A stretch of 64,000 nucleotides of DNA from Octopus sinensis (GCF_006345805.1 NC_043010.1:57660001-57724000), one strand, 5' to 3'; positions 13,480 to 26,896 are shown, counted from the stretch's first letter. A program made the numbers and translations. Notes: generated by a model from the sequence alone, not told the origin.

Positions 13480-13523
<44 letters not shown>

Positions 13524-13939
13524 CATATATATTATATATATATATGTATACATATACATGTATACATATATACATATTGATATATATATACATGTATACA
13601 TATACATGAATACATTATATATATATATTTATACATATATACATATATATATATACATATATATATATACATATATATATATACATATATATATACATAG
13701 ATATATATACATATATATATACAATATATATATATATACATATATATAATACATATACATGTATATATATACACACACACAGACACACACACATGTATGT
13801 ATGTGTATTTTTCTTATCGAATTGGTGTGTAGTAATGTGTAACTTTTGATGTGAGTGGGTGGTGGGTGCATGTATGTTTGTGTGTACATATACATATATA
13901 AGTGTGCTTATATAAATATTTTTTTATCCATTTTCTCAG

Positions 13940-13990
13940 GTGGAAGGGACTATGTTCATTGCCTTTGTAGACCTTTCATTTGTAAGGAAG
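13940..13990 (+). CDS. Candidate 51-nt exon (VEGTMFIAFVDLSFVRK or GRDYVHCLCRPFICKE)
   Basis: Strong acceptor tttttttatccattttctcag, donor AAG|gtatat, length a multiple of 3, unique sequence between microsatellites. Confidence 0.35.
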
Positions 13991-14250
13991 GTATATGTAC
14001 ACACACACACGCACACATATATATATAGTAGACATGTGTGTTTGTGTGTGTGTGAGTGCAAGTATGTTTGTATGGACACTGGAGGTGCATACATAACTGG
14101 TTATGTACACGTATATATATGTCAGAATGATAGCCTGTAAATACATGCATAACCATAACAAAATTTTTTGATATCTTTGACATGAAGATAAATAGCACAC
14201 ACACACACACACACACACCTTATATGGTATATTAGAATATGATTAGTTTT

Positions 14251-14296
14251 CTATTACTTTAAGTTTCATACTAAAGTGTACAATCATCAGATGACT
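14251..14296 (-). ncRNA. Hammerhead ribozyme motif with weak stem I
   Basis: cat-CTGATGA-tt gtac acttta gtat-GAAA-ctt a aag-TA-atag. Confidence 0.55.
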
Positions 14297-14409
14297 GAAC
14301 TTCAAAAGAACTCATCCATAAATATATTCATTGTACACAGGGTAATGAATAACTTTATTTTGGTTTGGTCTCTGAAATAGAATTCAAACCTTACATATAT
14401 ATATATGTA

Positions 14410-14805
14410 TATTCTTTTATTTCTTATGGTCATTTGACTGTGGCCCTGCTGGAGCACTGCCTTTAGTTGAAGAAATCAACCCCAGGACTTATTCTTTGTA
14501 AACCTAGTACTTATTCTATCAGTCTCTTTTGCTGAACTGCTAAGCTTTGGGGATGTAAACTCATCAACATTGGTTGTCAGGTGATGGTGGGGCAAGGGGA
14601 CAAGCACACACACACACACATAAATATATATATACATACATATACGATGGGCTTCTTTCAGTTTCCATCTGCCAAATCCACTCACAAGACATTGGCTAGC
14701 CTGAGGCTATAGTAAAAGACTCTTGCCCAAGGTGCCATGCAATGGGACTGAACCCGGAACCATGTGGTTGGGAAGCACGCTACTTACCACACAGCCACTC
14801 CTGTG
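14410..14805 (-). mobile_element. Full-length SINE family C: tRNA head, internal (TG)/(TA) microsatellite, CR1-like tail
   Basis: Head 14643-14805; tail 14410-14610 containing (minus strand) gtgctccagcagggccacagtcaaatgac. Confidence 0.85.
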
Positions 14806-14825
14806 CACATATATATATATTATAG

Positions 14826-14856
<31 letters not shown>

Positions 14857-14909
14857 CACACCCACACATACATATATAACATACACACACATATATATAT
14901 ACATATATA

Positions 14910-14952
<43 letters not shown>

Positions 14953-15468
14953 ATATTGGTGTGTCATGAATTTATGGAAATAAATCCCATAAAACTCAAC
15001 AATTTTGTTAAAAATGGAGAAGAGAAAATGTTAAAATGTATAAGTGAATTTTAATTCATGCAGATGATCGTTTCGTACAGAGATATAAAAATTATGCAAA
15101 TTCATGGTGGAATAGAATTAATTGAATTAATTAGATTCATTTAAATTAATTATATATCGCTGTACTCTTTAGAGTAAGAAGTATAAACAAAATTTTTACA
15201 AAGCACTTGAGAAAGGGAAAAGCAGAATAGAATCTAGGAGATTCCTATTTATCCTTATGAGAAAGCAAGGGATATGGGAGTCCAGTTAGGTGTTAACTAT
15301 AACTAAAGGCTGTAAACTACCAGCAAAATAGGAAGAACCAATATTAAAAATGTTTTTTGGAAACCTCCAAATTGAAGGACGAATCTAATTCAACCTTTTT
15401 ATACACACATAAATATGGTATTCTCTATAAACTGAGAAGGCAAGTTAACTTTAACCCTCGGCAACCGG

Positions 15469-15530
15469 GTGACAGTCACTGATGAGGATTAATCAAATCT
15501 GAAATCATCGATGATCTGGCTCTGTGTCAC
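15469..15530 (+). ncRNA. Type I hammerhead ribozyme, canonical core, palindromic stem III
   Basis: gtgac agtca-CTGATGA-ggatt aatca aatct-GAAA-TCATCGATGA-TC-tggct ctgt gtcac; all core nucleotides intact, stems I and II paired, predicted cleavage after 15516. Confidence 0.85.
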
Positions 15531-15606
15531 TTGCTGTAAGGAACTTGTCTCCTTTGTCAGTCATTAGATAAGTGCTTCCCTGTGGCTAAGAGTTGTTCTA
15601 ATTCTT

Positions 15607-15695
<89 letters not shown>

Positions 15696-15719
15696 CATGT
15701 GTGTATCTCTATGAATGTG

Positions 15720-15932
15720 TCTTCATTTGTATTTGTCTTCCAGCATCATTTCAGAACTGGTATTGAATTGTTTATGCTTCCATAACTTAGTAGTTCAGCA
15801 AAAGACATTGATAAAATAAGTATGACATTTACAAAAACATTAAGTACTGGGGGTCAGTTTGGTTGACTAAACCCTTCAAAGTGTTGCCCCAGCATGGCTG
15901 CTGTCCAATGACTGAAACTGATAAAAGACAAG
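15720..15932 (+). mobile_element. SINE family C 3' half
   Basis: cataacttagtagttcagcaaaagac...taagtactggggg...ccagcatggctgctgtccaatgactgaaac. Confidence 0.75.
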
Positions 15933-15999
15933 AGACTTGCCACAAAAGTAGTATTAGAATAAAATAGCCAAATGTGTATCATAATTAATGCAGATACAC

Positions 16000-16950
16000 C
16001 ATGAAAGGCAAATTAAGTGTGGGATTCATCCAAGGATAATATCCCTCATGAATGCTTTGTGTTTCAAACCACAAAGCTTTATCAGTAACCAATGAAAATT
16101 GTCCAGCAGTTTAAATGGTTGGGTATACATTTCTGCTTGATTGTGCTTCGTCAGTAGCATGTACCCATTACCAGCTGCAGGTTAAGGCAAAATACATCAC
16201 TATTAATACAGAAAAAGCAGAAATTGAAAAAAGTGACTGGTATTGCAGAAGTAAATGGTCAAATCAATCGGTTTGGCTGGTCAGCTGAATAAGTTTTAGA
16301 CTTGGTTTATAACATCATGACAGACATTTCAAAAGAAGTTGCTCAATAGGAATATCCCTTGTTCTGAGAATTATGGTGATGCTGATAAAGGACATTATTG
16401 AATATTTTCCTACTTGGCTGTGTTTAGGATTTTGGTGCAAGCAAAGGAATTGGTGATAACCAGTAATTGTAGTTACAAAAATGTAGACATGATCAGCCCT
16501 GGTTAGATCCACCCATATGATACATCATAGACAAGTGGGAATAACAACCTTGACTTGTGGCAGGGATCAAGTTAACAGCTTTCAATGAGGTTAACATGGT
16601 GCCTATCCTTAAGATTACCAGTTTCAACCCTGTCATGAGAGAATGGAGGAAATCAATATGCAATCTTATCTGTCTGGAAGTCAGATTTCATAGCCACCTG
16701 CCAGAACCATATCAAATCATTGGTGTTACATCTCTTATGTATGTTTTAAGCTTCAAGTTACTGTTGAGGGATTTGAGAAGGTGAGGAGCAAGAGGGCCAT
16801 GCTGGCATTGCAGACAATGTCACTATAATGATGTCAGAAAGCATGGGAGTGAAGGTCATCATCCCTGAACCAAAGGAACAACCAGATTCTTTTTGAGGAT
16901 GATGGATGATTAATGGACCAGTTAATCTCTGTGGGATCCGGTTCAGCCTG
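16000..16950 (-). mobile_element. Highly decayed retroelement coding remnant, possibly Penelope-like
   Basis: Non-repetitive, multiply interrupted frames with FNNVLYQ (RT-like) and CLTC/GMN-like traces; weak. Confidence 0.3.
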
Positions 16951-17729
16951 GAATGTTGTTATGAGCAGGGTGGCCATCACCATTGCACGCAACCTCCGTT
17001 ATTGGCTTCTTGTTGTCTTGTTTTGGTTATTAACATTATCTCAATAACCACCAACACTACCACCACCACTACAATGACCACTATCACTATCATCACCACC
17101 ACCCCCATCACCACCACCACTGCCGCCACCACCATGATCACTACCATCACTACCACCATTATCATGACTGCCACCATTCCCACCAACACCCTCATTAGAA
17201 GCAGCAACACCACCACGACCCCCACCCCACCTACTACCACCACCTCTAGCATTACTGTTGTAGTTTAAAATATTTAATTCGTTGAAAGATATTTTCCTAA
17301 TCATTATTAATTTGTTTCTATTTTTTCAATCGATTTTCCATCTCCCCTCCACCACTCCACTACCCATATATAGCCCTCCCTCCCAACATGCCCACCTCTC
17401 CCTAATAGAAACTGAAGATATCTCACTACTATTACACTTTTTTCGGTGTAAACTTGCACATATACATTCTTGCATACACACAGATATATCACACATACAG
17501 AAACACACACGTGTATCCATCCATCCATACATACATATATACATGGACATATACACATCTTCATAGACATGTACATACACACACATGCAAGCAGATATAC
17601 TTACATAAACACACTCAAACACACACACATATATACATACACATGCATACACACACATATACATAGACACATACACACATATGCATACATACTCATAGTA
17701 ACATACATATCTATATCTACATACATATA

Positions 17730-18370
17730 CACACAGCTTTGTGATAGAACTGTCGCTCGTACGCAGTGTGGAAGTTATCAGCCATATCATCAGCAGCTGA
17801 CCCAAAATGTCCGCAAGGCACAATGTTCCCATGAGACATGACATTGCTGCCAAAACCATTTACGCTGCTATCGACAGAGAGGATTGTTCTAGCGGTCATA
17901 GAAATGGTACAGCAAAGCCAGAATTTATTCACACCTTTCAAACAAGAAATAACATTCAAATAAAAACAACAATCCATGACAAACACAACAGACCTGATAT
18001 TGTTGGAGGGGAGGGGCAGGGAACAAACGTCATGCACTGTTGTAGAGGTCAACTGGCCAGCAGATGCAAATATCACTTTGTGCAAAAAGAGAACATCGGG
18101 TGTGAACTTGTGCCACATAGATTTTCTATCAGGCATACAGATTTCCGTTTGCACATATTTTCTTTGGGTATATTCGGCTAAGTAAGAACAGATTTGCAGA
18201 AAAGCCTCAAAGTGCTGTAGTTTTCCAGGAAAGAATAAATCAAAGTGACTTGCATTCTCCAAATCTAATTGATTAGGGGTGCACTGAAGATTTGGAAAAC
18301 ATTTTGAAGGTTCTCTATTTCAGTTTCCTGCAATGAGCCTGACACTATCACATCAGTATGTATGCCATAG
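17730..18370 (+). mobile_element. R4/Dong-like non-LTR retrotransposon 3' fragment (CCHC knuckle and restriction-like endonuclease)
   Basis: VEVISHIISS-x-PKMSARHNVPMRHDIAAK, HNRPDIV, frameshifted to TVVEVNWPADANI (PD-(D/E)xK RLE motifs). Confidence 0.8.
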
Positions 18371-18467
18371 ATACACACATAAAGACTAATCACACATGCA
18401 CCCAACTATGTATACTCCTCTATAATGTCTCTATTTGTAAAATAACTTATTCATAAATTTACAGATT

Positions 18468-18517
18468 AAGTCATCCTGAAGATTCCTAAAAAGGGTGAAA
18501 CAGTACTGTATAAGATT
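18468..18517 (+). ncRNA. Hammerhead ribozyme motif with degenerate stem I
   Basis: agtcatc-CTGAAGA-t tcct aaaa aggg t-GAAA-CAGTACTG-TA-taagatt. Confidence 0.6.
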
Positions 18518-20566
18518 GCCACTACCTTGAAATTGTAAGAACTTCAACATAAATAATAATTAATAGAAAAATTAATTTAAATTATATATGTGGTCTCTTT
18601 TATATTTTACATACCTTTTGATTTCAAATTCAAAATTTTAAACCCAACACGTTGCTCAGAGACAGCTACCTCCCTTTGTAATAATGGCCATCCAGAGGGT
18701 GACGCAACATCACTACAAACCCGAATTTCATTCTCATATTCATTAAATACCGGCAAGTGTGAATAGAGTGCAAGTAAGCTGGCCAAACTCACGTCATCTG
18801 CTGCACCAATTCTCAAGCTATTCATGTTGCTGTATTAGCTACAATATGTCCTTCCATTTTTATGATTCTACTATGTCACTTAAGAGATTTTAGCTGCTAT
18901 TTCTTGCAGATTGAAGGACTGCATAGTGATTCTAGCATTGGTGCATTTGTTTATAGAAGCAACCCTATTCTAATGTTGATCTCTGTTACGTGTCACAATT
19001 AGGTTGTTAGGGACACAACACTTCTATAATATAGGGGCTGATTCTGCCATAAAGTGATGTAGTATAAACGAAGGTATTTTGATTAATTAAAAAAACCATT
19101 AAAATTAGTCATAAGTGATGAGGAAAACTAATCAGAAGAATTAAAACAACTAATTGTCATAAATGTAAATAAAATAAAATTAATTGAATATGGTATACAG
19201 TGGCAACAGTGAGTGAGAGTAAAGGGGAGCAACTGTGAGCATGTTTATATGTTATTACACCTCATCAGCAGAGCAAAATACTGAGTGTTAGGGGAGAACC
19301 CCTCCCCACAGACGTTGCTTGAAGATTTAATAGTAAAGTGACACTGTCATACTTGATGGAGTGAGTCACTACAACCAAAACATTAATACTACCACTACTA
19401 CTACTGCCCTTACCGCTATGACAACCACCAACAGCATACCAATAGCATTACCACTGCAACTGTAACAGCAATACTACTAACATCACCACCACCATGAACA
19501 ACAACAACACTAACAACAACACTACAACAGTTTACCATTACCACCACTCGTACAACACCACCAACAATAACAACAATAGAAACCACCACCACCAACAACA
19601 ACAACAAGCACAACAACTACAACAATGAACAGGTCATAAACCATCGTTAACAAAACCCTGTAAACTCTGTGCCAATCTTATATTCACACAGTAAAAAGAG
19701 GAGTAAATTAAGTGGAGGGGGAGCGGAGGGGTGAGGTGGGGGGGAACCATTTTGTCAAGTAGTCAGTCTTTATTATAACTAGACTCAACTTCCTCAATCA
19801 AACCCATTCCTTCCACCACTGCTTTCTCTCTACCTCTTCCCTCTCACTCCCCACCCACCGTCTCCCTCTTAGGCCAGTATTTTGGCAACGTTTACCTTTC
19901 TTTAAAGAGATACATTATTAGCAAGAAATTCTCGTATTTCTTCATAATATTCTTCCTTACTCTCCTTCTAACTTTTCTCTTGATTCTTTCACCTTTTTTT
20001 CTTCATACTATTAAATATAACTATCTTATATATATATATATATTATATATATATATATATGTATGTGTGTATGTGTGTATGTGTGTATATATATATATAT
20101 ATGTATACATGTATATATATATACATATGAATATATATATATGTATGTATATATATATGTATATATATATATTTAATTATATATATATATGCATGCATAT
20201 AAACATGTATACATATACATATATATATACATACATGTATATATATATATACACATATATATACACACACATATATACATATATATATATCATTCTTTAT
20301 ATATTACGTGTGTGTGTTTTGTGTGTGTGTGTAATATGCATACACACACGTTTTTTATATACATTATATATCTTTGTACATCTTCATACAACATTATACT
20401 ATTATGTACAACTTTATAGAGCTTTATATATTTTTATATATACACTTCTTCATAAATTGTTATAGTTGTTATATATTTTATATATCATTATACTACATAT
20501 ATTCACACACACACATTTATATATGTGTCTGAATGGATATCTTTGTATATGTATGCATATATGTGC

Positions 20567-20604
<38 letters not shown>

Positions 20605-20704
20605 TATATATACATATCCTCATTCACAGATCTTTATGCATCATTATATGTCTTTATATAACATTCTTTATATATCCATACTTCTTCTTTGTTTCTTCAA
20701 CGAA

Positions 20705-20743
20705 CCCCACTCCCCCACTCCCCCACTCCCCCACTCCCCCACT
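20705..20743 (-). repeat. (GAGTGGGG)n 8-bp tandem repeat, G-quadruplex-capable
   Basis: Five runs of 4-5 C separated by act on the + strand. Confidence 0.7.
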
Positions 20744-21014
20744 TTCTCCACTTCTCTTTAAAGCCATCATTACAGTTTCACTTTTTCTCATTTTATCTTC
20801 TTCACCACCACCACCACCACCATAACGACATCACCACTTCCCTCACTACTACTACTTCTACCCACAGCATACTAAAGCATTCTACACTCTTGCGCAACAA
20901 CCTATACAATTCTACACTTTTATACACAACTCTACATTACTCTGTCTGATTCTTCATAGTTCTATACAATTCCAAAACATCTTATACAACTATACAGCGC
21001 TCTGCACTATATAT

Positions 21015-21062
<48 letters not shown>

Positions 21063-21105
21063 TACTCACACACACACATATTTAAGCATATAATTATAAA
21101 TCTAT

Positions 21106-21588
21106 AATTATAATTAAGGGTGTTGGAGGGACAATGCCAAAACACTAGAGGTAGATGTCAAATGTCTACAAACCACTCTAAATTTGTTTTCCTAGTGACT
21201 ATATCCTCAATTTATATGCATATATAATTTTGAGTTCTCTCATTATTATATTTGCTCCGGTACTCTTCTGACAATAACCCCATGGCTGAGATGGGTGATT
21301 AGATATAACGTATGGGCAGCAAATATATCTATATATTGATATCTGTATGCAAGTATTTATCGGTATCTGTATATATTTTTCATTAAATACTGAAGATTGT
21401 AAAGTAATTTTTATTAAAAAACCCGAAATCTTAAGATATAGAATTGTCCAAAATTTTATAAATCTTCTTCTCCATTTCCTCACATTCAGCCTTGTGCAAA
21501 AAAAGAACAAATTTAGAGTGGTTTGTAGACATTTGACATCAACCTCTAGTGTACTGGTGTTGTCCCTCCAATTCCCTTAATTATAATT
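21106..21588. repeat. Inverted repeat (~84 bp arms, 21106-21189 / 21505-21588) enclosing an HHR motif at 21386-21442
   Basis: gatgtcaaatgtctacaaaccactctaaatttgtt versus aacaaatttagagtggtttgtagacatttgacatc; internal CTGAAGA-28 nt-GAAA-TCTTAAGA-TA. Confidence 0.85.
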
Positions 21589-21709
21589 GTGTACTTAAAT
21601 ATTAATTTGACTGATATGGTACCCTTTATATGCTGGTCACTAGTATAATCATTTTAATGACTATATCCTCAATTTAAACACACCCACACACACACACGCA
21701 TATATATAG

Positions 21710-22930
21710 TCGTCTTAAGCAGAATTAACACTGATTTAGTTCTGTCTATGCAAAGAGCCAGTATAGTTTTAAGTGAGGTCAAGGGTCAATGGATATGATA
21801 TTCAGTTTGCGGCAAGTTCAGGAGAAGGCCCAGGAGTACAATAAAGGCCTCTATGTGGTATTTGTTGACCTCACAAAAGCCTTTGGCTCAGTATATAGAC
21901 AGGCTTTGTGGAAAGTATTAGCAAAACTTGAGATTCCCAAGCACATGCTAAAGGTCATAGTGTCTCTACATAATGATATGAAGGCTTCTGTTCGAAAGCA
22001 AGGTTCTGTTTTGGCACCAGTATTATTTGCACTAGTTTTTGCAGTAATGTTGGATTGTGCCTTTTCTGATGTAGGATAGAGAAACCAACAGCATTTTGGG
22101 ACTCATTGTTTTCAGATCATCGTGTTCTTGGTGCTCATACCCTTGAGAACATTCAGCACATCATTTATAAATTTGCAGCAGCAGCCAGATGTATTGGTTT
22201 AACTATCAGCATAGAAATGATTGAACTGTTGTATCAGCCACATTCTGGTAACAATCTAGAAATCTTGCCCTGCGTGTTTGTTGAAGCAACACTCTGGAAA
22301 CTGTTGATGCTTTCACATATTTGGGTTCTATAGTAACAAGTGATGCTAAACTTGATAGGGAGGTCCAGAATGGTATTGGAAAGGCCAGGACAGCTTTTGG
22401 GAAGATTCACGATAGACTTTGAAATGCTTGTGATATTTCAATAAGTACAAAAATTGATGTGCCCAAGTCAGTTGTCTTAAGAACTCTTTTATATGGATCA
22501 GAAACCAGGACATCTTATCATAGGCACATCAGTCAGTTTCATATGAGATGTGTTAGGCAAATATGCAAGGCTGGGTGGGATGATAGAGTGAAGAATGGCA
22601 TTATCCTGAAAGTGCGTGGAATATCTCTGGTAGAGAGGCATTCTTGATCAAATCTCAAATGCAATGCTGTGGACACAGTTTTTGCACGAAGAGTGGTCAA
22701 TTACAAAAACAGATCTTTTATGGTCAGCTTGTAAATTCACTCTGCAATATAGACTGATTAAAAGATAACTTGAAATGCTTGAGAATTAGGAAAGAAAATT
22801 TTGAGAATCTTGCAAAAGACCATGCAAACTGAAGAAGAGAGGGTTCTTGCAGCTTCCAAATTTCAAAACCACATCAAAAGCATTTATGGGGAAAGAAGAA
22901 AGGAAACTGACAGAACAACAGTCTTCCAGT
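21710..22930 (+). mobile_element. Decayed RTE-clade LINE reverse transcriptase fragment
   Basis: DMIFSLRQVQEKAQEYNKGLYVVFVDLTKAF, KQGSVLAPVLF, VDAFTYLGS...IGKARTAFG, TLLYGSET; internal deletions and stops. Confidence 0.92.
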
Positions 22931-23164
22931 AAATAGCCATTGCCCACATGGTGGTTTCTTAGATAAGTCATGTCCATCTCCATATTACTTTTGGTGACCT
23001 GAGCACTTAGATGAGGAGTCATCAGGGGAAGTGAATGAATCGTAACCATTGGTGAATAGTAATAGGAATGTGAGTTGATTGTCTTTCTTTGGTTGTTTTT
23101 CTTTTCTGTTTTCTCACTGAACACTCATCATTGTCTTCGATGGAAGAGTGCACCACATACACAA

Positions 23165-23315
23165 GCAGAGCTGTTTGTTTCCCCAACCACATCTTCCTGG
23201 GTTCAATCTCAATGCTTGGCACATTGGGCAAGTGCCTTCCTCTATAGCCCCTAATCAACCAAAAGCATTGTGAGGGGACGATTTGGTAGACAGAAATAGA
23301 AAGAAGTCCATCATA
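23165..23315 (+). mobile_element. SINE family C head
   Basis: cccaaccacat...gggttcaatc...ttgggcaagtg...atttggtagacagaaa. Confidence 0.75.
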
Positions 23316-23540
23316 CATCTATGTTGTATGCATGCCAATTGAAAATAATATATATATATATTATATATATATATTATATATATATATATATATATCATCA
23401 TCATCATCATCATCATGGCATTATAAAATAAATATATTTAAAGGGAATAATTAATAAATGTTTCCCTTATGAGGCTTTTCATGCTAACTACTTGATAAAT
23501 TCTTATAAAGATTTTATCCTATTTTTAAATAATACGTATG

Positions 23541-23622
<82 letters not shown>

Positions 23623-23739
23623 CGTATGTAAATATATATATATATATATATATATATACGTATGTATATATATATATAAAATAGAATACATACACACACA
23701 CACAAATAATATATAGAAAGGAAGAAGTGGGAATTAAAA

Positions 23740-23821
23740 TTTTCTACAGCTGTTTCGGTAGAATTTTATTGATGGATTTATAGAAGACATAATAGCATAA
23801 ATCCACCATCTTCTGGTAAAA
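23740..23821 (-). ncRNA. Degenerate HHR with extended stem II
   Basis: tttac-CAGAAGA-t ggtgga...tctacc-GAAA-CAGCTG-TA-gaaaa; U4 mutated. Confidence 0.55.
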
Positions 23822-24170
23822 TTTGAAACAGGAATAAACAAGTGAGATAGGAACTTGATAATGATAAATTCAACTGACATTTTGGATATATAAATAAATA
23901 TATACATATACACACAAACATAGAGAGAGAGAGAGTGGTGAGAGAGAAATATGTGCATGATTTCAACACAAGAAATATTAGTAAAACTTGTTCTAAAAGG
24001 AAACAGGGTGAACCTTTTTGTAGTCATATGACACTGACACCCTATGCGATGTTCTATGAAGGAGATCACAAACCTAACAGTTGTACGCGTCTCATTTGAA
24101 ATCTGTGAAAAGAGAACATGGATGGTCACCTTCTTCATAAATAATTACTGCATCCCCAGATTATGTTTAA

Positions 24171-24380
24171 TCCTTTAGCATTTAAACTGACCACATCAGA
24201 CCACAATAGTCAATGTTCAAACCAGCCAGGTCTGGCCTCTCACACCTAGCCTACAATACCATTCTAAAACTAATTAGTAACATTGTCAAAACCTTGAAAT
24301 TACAAGATGATGTACAACTAATTTAAACAATGTGAATAAATAAGCATTACATTTGACCGAGTAATCTGAATGCTAAAGGG
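24171..24380. mobile_element. piggyBac-type MITE (210 bp)
   Basis: TTAA on both sides (24167-24170, 24381-24384); TIR tcctttagcatt / aatgctaaaggg. Confidence 0.85.
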
Positions 24381-24744
24381 TTAACAGTTAAATTGTTTGA
24401 GTAAAAATGGTAAAAATCTGGGGATTTAGGAAGAGAAAGAGATTCTCAACTTCATATTCTCTTTCTGTGAATCAAGGAAAATATATGAGACTTTTCAAAA
24501 TTATGTAACTTTCTGCTGTTGTTGATGTAAAAGGTCCATTAATAGTGTTTTGTTTACAAATTTCGATGTATAAGCTATTTCATTAGAGAAGATTAGATGA
24601 AATAAATAAAAAAAAAACAAATCTTATTTTACCATTTTTAGGAGAGAGAATGGTAGGGTTCGTGACCTTTTATTTTTAAGGGTTTCTTAGTAGAATGAAG
24701 TGAGGACACTCGGCTGAAATGCTTGCAAGAAAGTGGACTCCACT

Positions 24745-24985
24745 ATAGGTACCCCAGGACCAGGTGGCAGAGTTAAGCCAAAGAAGAATAGAGTTGACTT
24801 GAATAAAGGTCCCCAGTGGCTATGATAAACAAGGTGACCACAGGATAGACTAAAAGTACCCAGGGACCAGGTGGTGGTCTTAAACTGGGAGACAACACAT
24901 TGAACTCTGCTAAAGGTACCCAAGGATCAGATGGTTATGTTAAATTGGGTGGCAACAGACTGGACCAAGAGGTCTTATTAAATCA
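24745..24985. repeat. Degenerate ~50-60 bp tandem repeat
   Basis: ggtaccc(c/a)aggaccaggtgg-like units at ~24748, 24808, 24854, 24914, 24962. Confidence 0.6.
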
Positions 24986-26160
24986 GAATGTATGAAATGT
25001 ACCACCCAAGGACTTGGACCAAAAACAACTGTAACAAATACCACAAGGTATCCATCCCACCCTCTATTAATTCACTTGCCTTGGATTGGTTCTGTTTTAT
25101 TGATCCTGAAAGGAAAAATGTAATACTAACCTTACCAGGAATTGAACTCAATGATAAATATATTTGACATTTATCAGATAATGAAGGTGGTGGGCCTTAA
25201 ATCTGTTGATAATAATAGACACTGAGGTAAGATCCCACCAGCATAGATAAGCTCGGCAACTGTTTGAAGGTGAACAAACTTGAGGAGAAGAAGAAAAGAG
25301 TGGAAATATTTAGCGAATACAAAAATAACACAAAACAACAAAAAAAAAAACCATCCCAAAACGGTGATTATGAAGCCAGAATTCCCAGATACACTCTCTG
25401 TTCTATATTCCTTATCACTGGAATAACCATTTATGTTCCAACACACTGGATTCGAAATATGGGTGAACTTGGCTCCTTGCAGAAAGAACATTCCATTGTG
25501 ATTCAGGTTACAAGATTATCATATCTGGAACAAGGAAAGTTTCCTGCAAATTTAAATGTTAAATGTTTCCAGAGGAGAAAACCGAAAAGAAAAAAAGAAA
25601 AAAAGAGAAAAGATTCCATTTTATTTGTTTATTTGTTATTTGTTTATTTTGCAATTATTTGTTTGTTTCAGATCTATTTATATCTTATATTGTTATATTT
25701 ATGATCTTGGAACCAAGTAGGTGACTTGATCAGATAATGCACGTACACCCCCCCACCACACATACATGCATACATACAGCTACATGAACACACACACACA
25801 CATACACACGTACATGCACTCATTCAACACTTTGCTGCATTTTGCATTTTGTTCCGTCTCTTAAAATTCTAAAGACAAACCTAAGACCAACTTTGGAATG
25901 TATTCCTGGGTGTCCTAAAAATTATAGAATGCTAAATAAGTCCTTGGTCAACTATATCAGCTAAAACCCCTTGACAGAATCTTCAAGTCCCTAAGCCTCT
26001 GTTAAAATCAATATTAAATATAAAATATAGCAATTATTTTTAGTATGCTTATAATTAGTATTAATTTATTAAGAAATCTAATCAGTTACTATTGTCCAAT
26101 ATTGTCCATAGCACTTTTTTCTAATTACTAAAAAATTTGCAAGGTTTGAGATGACTTTGT

Positions 26161-26200
26161 GCATCTGATGAGGTTTAATAAGGTGGAAACATGTCCATAG
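26161..26200 (+). ncRNA. Degenerate minimal HHR; similar decayed motif at 19233-19272 (minus)
   Basis: CTGATGA-ggtttaataaggtg-GAAA-CATG-TC; stems I and II poorly paired. Confidence 0.4.
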
Positions 26201-26896
26201 CCATCATCTTGTCCACTAACAAGAACAGATTTTTTTCCTCTAAATATAAAAATAAATAATTTACTATAAGATTGAGAAAGTGGGTGGCTTGGGTATTGCA
26301 CTTCCAATCACAAGGCCATGGTTTCAATTCCGTGTGCTGAGTTCTTGAGCAAAATATTTCATTTCATGTTGTTCCTGTCCTTTCAGCTGTACATGAGTTA
26401 TCCTGCAATAGACTAGCATCCTGTCCAGGGGTATGTTATGATCTTGGTTGCTTATATGTTCTGGAAACTGGGAAAATGGCCCCTGTGAACCCTTGGAGTA
26501 AAATCTTAATTGCTTGAAATTACCGTTTTTTTTTTTGAGTTTGAGATTCATGGACAATCATTGCTAAGTATTTGATCTCTTTCACCAACTAAGAGGTAAA
26601 TTTATTTTTTGTCTTTTATCTTTTACTTGTTTCAGTCACTAGCCTGAGGCCATTCTGGGGCACAGTCTTGAAGAACTTTTAGTTGAATGAATTGATCTCA
26701 GTACTTTTTTTTTAAGCCTGGTACATATTCAATTTGTTGCTTTTGCCATAATTTTCATGGACATAAACACACCAACACTGGTTGGGGCAGGGGACAAACA
26801 CAACCACATATGCATGCACACACACACACACATGCCAGCATCGAAGATGGACATTAAATGATGAGGATGATATAAATATATATATATATATATATA

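Noticed and set aside
16122-16158. Minus-strand CTGACGA...GAAA-TGTATA
   Set aside because: No UH triplet or stem I
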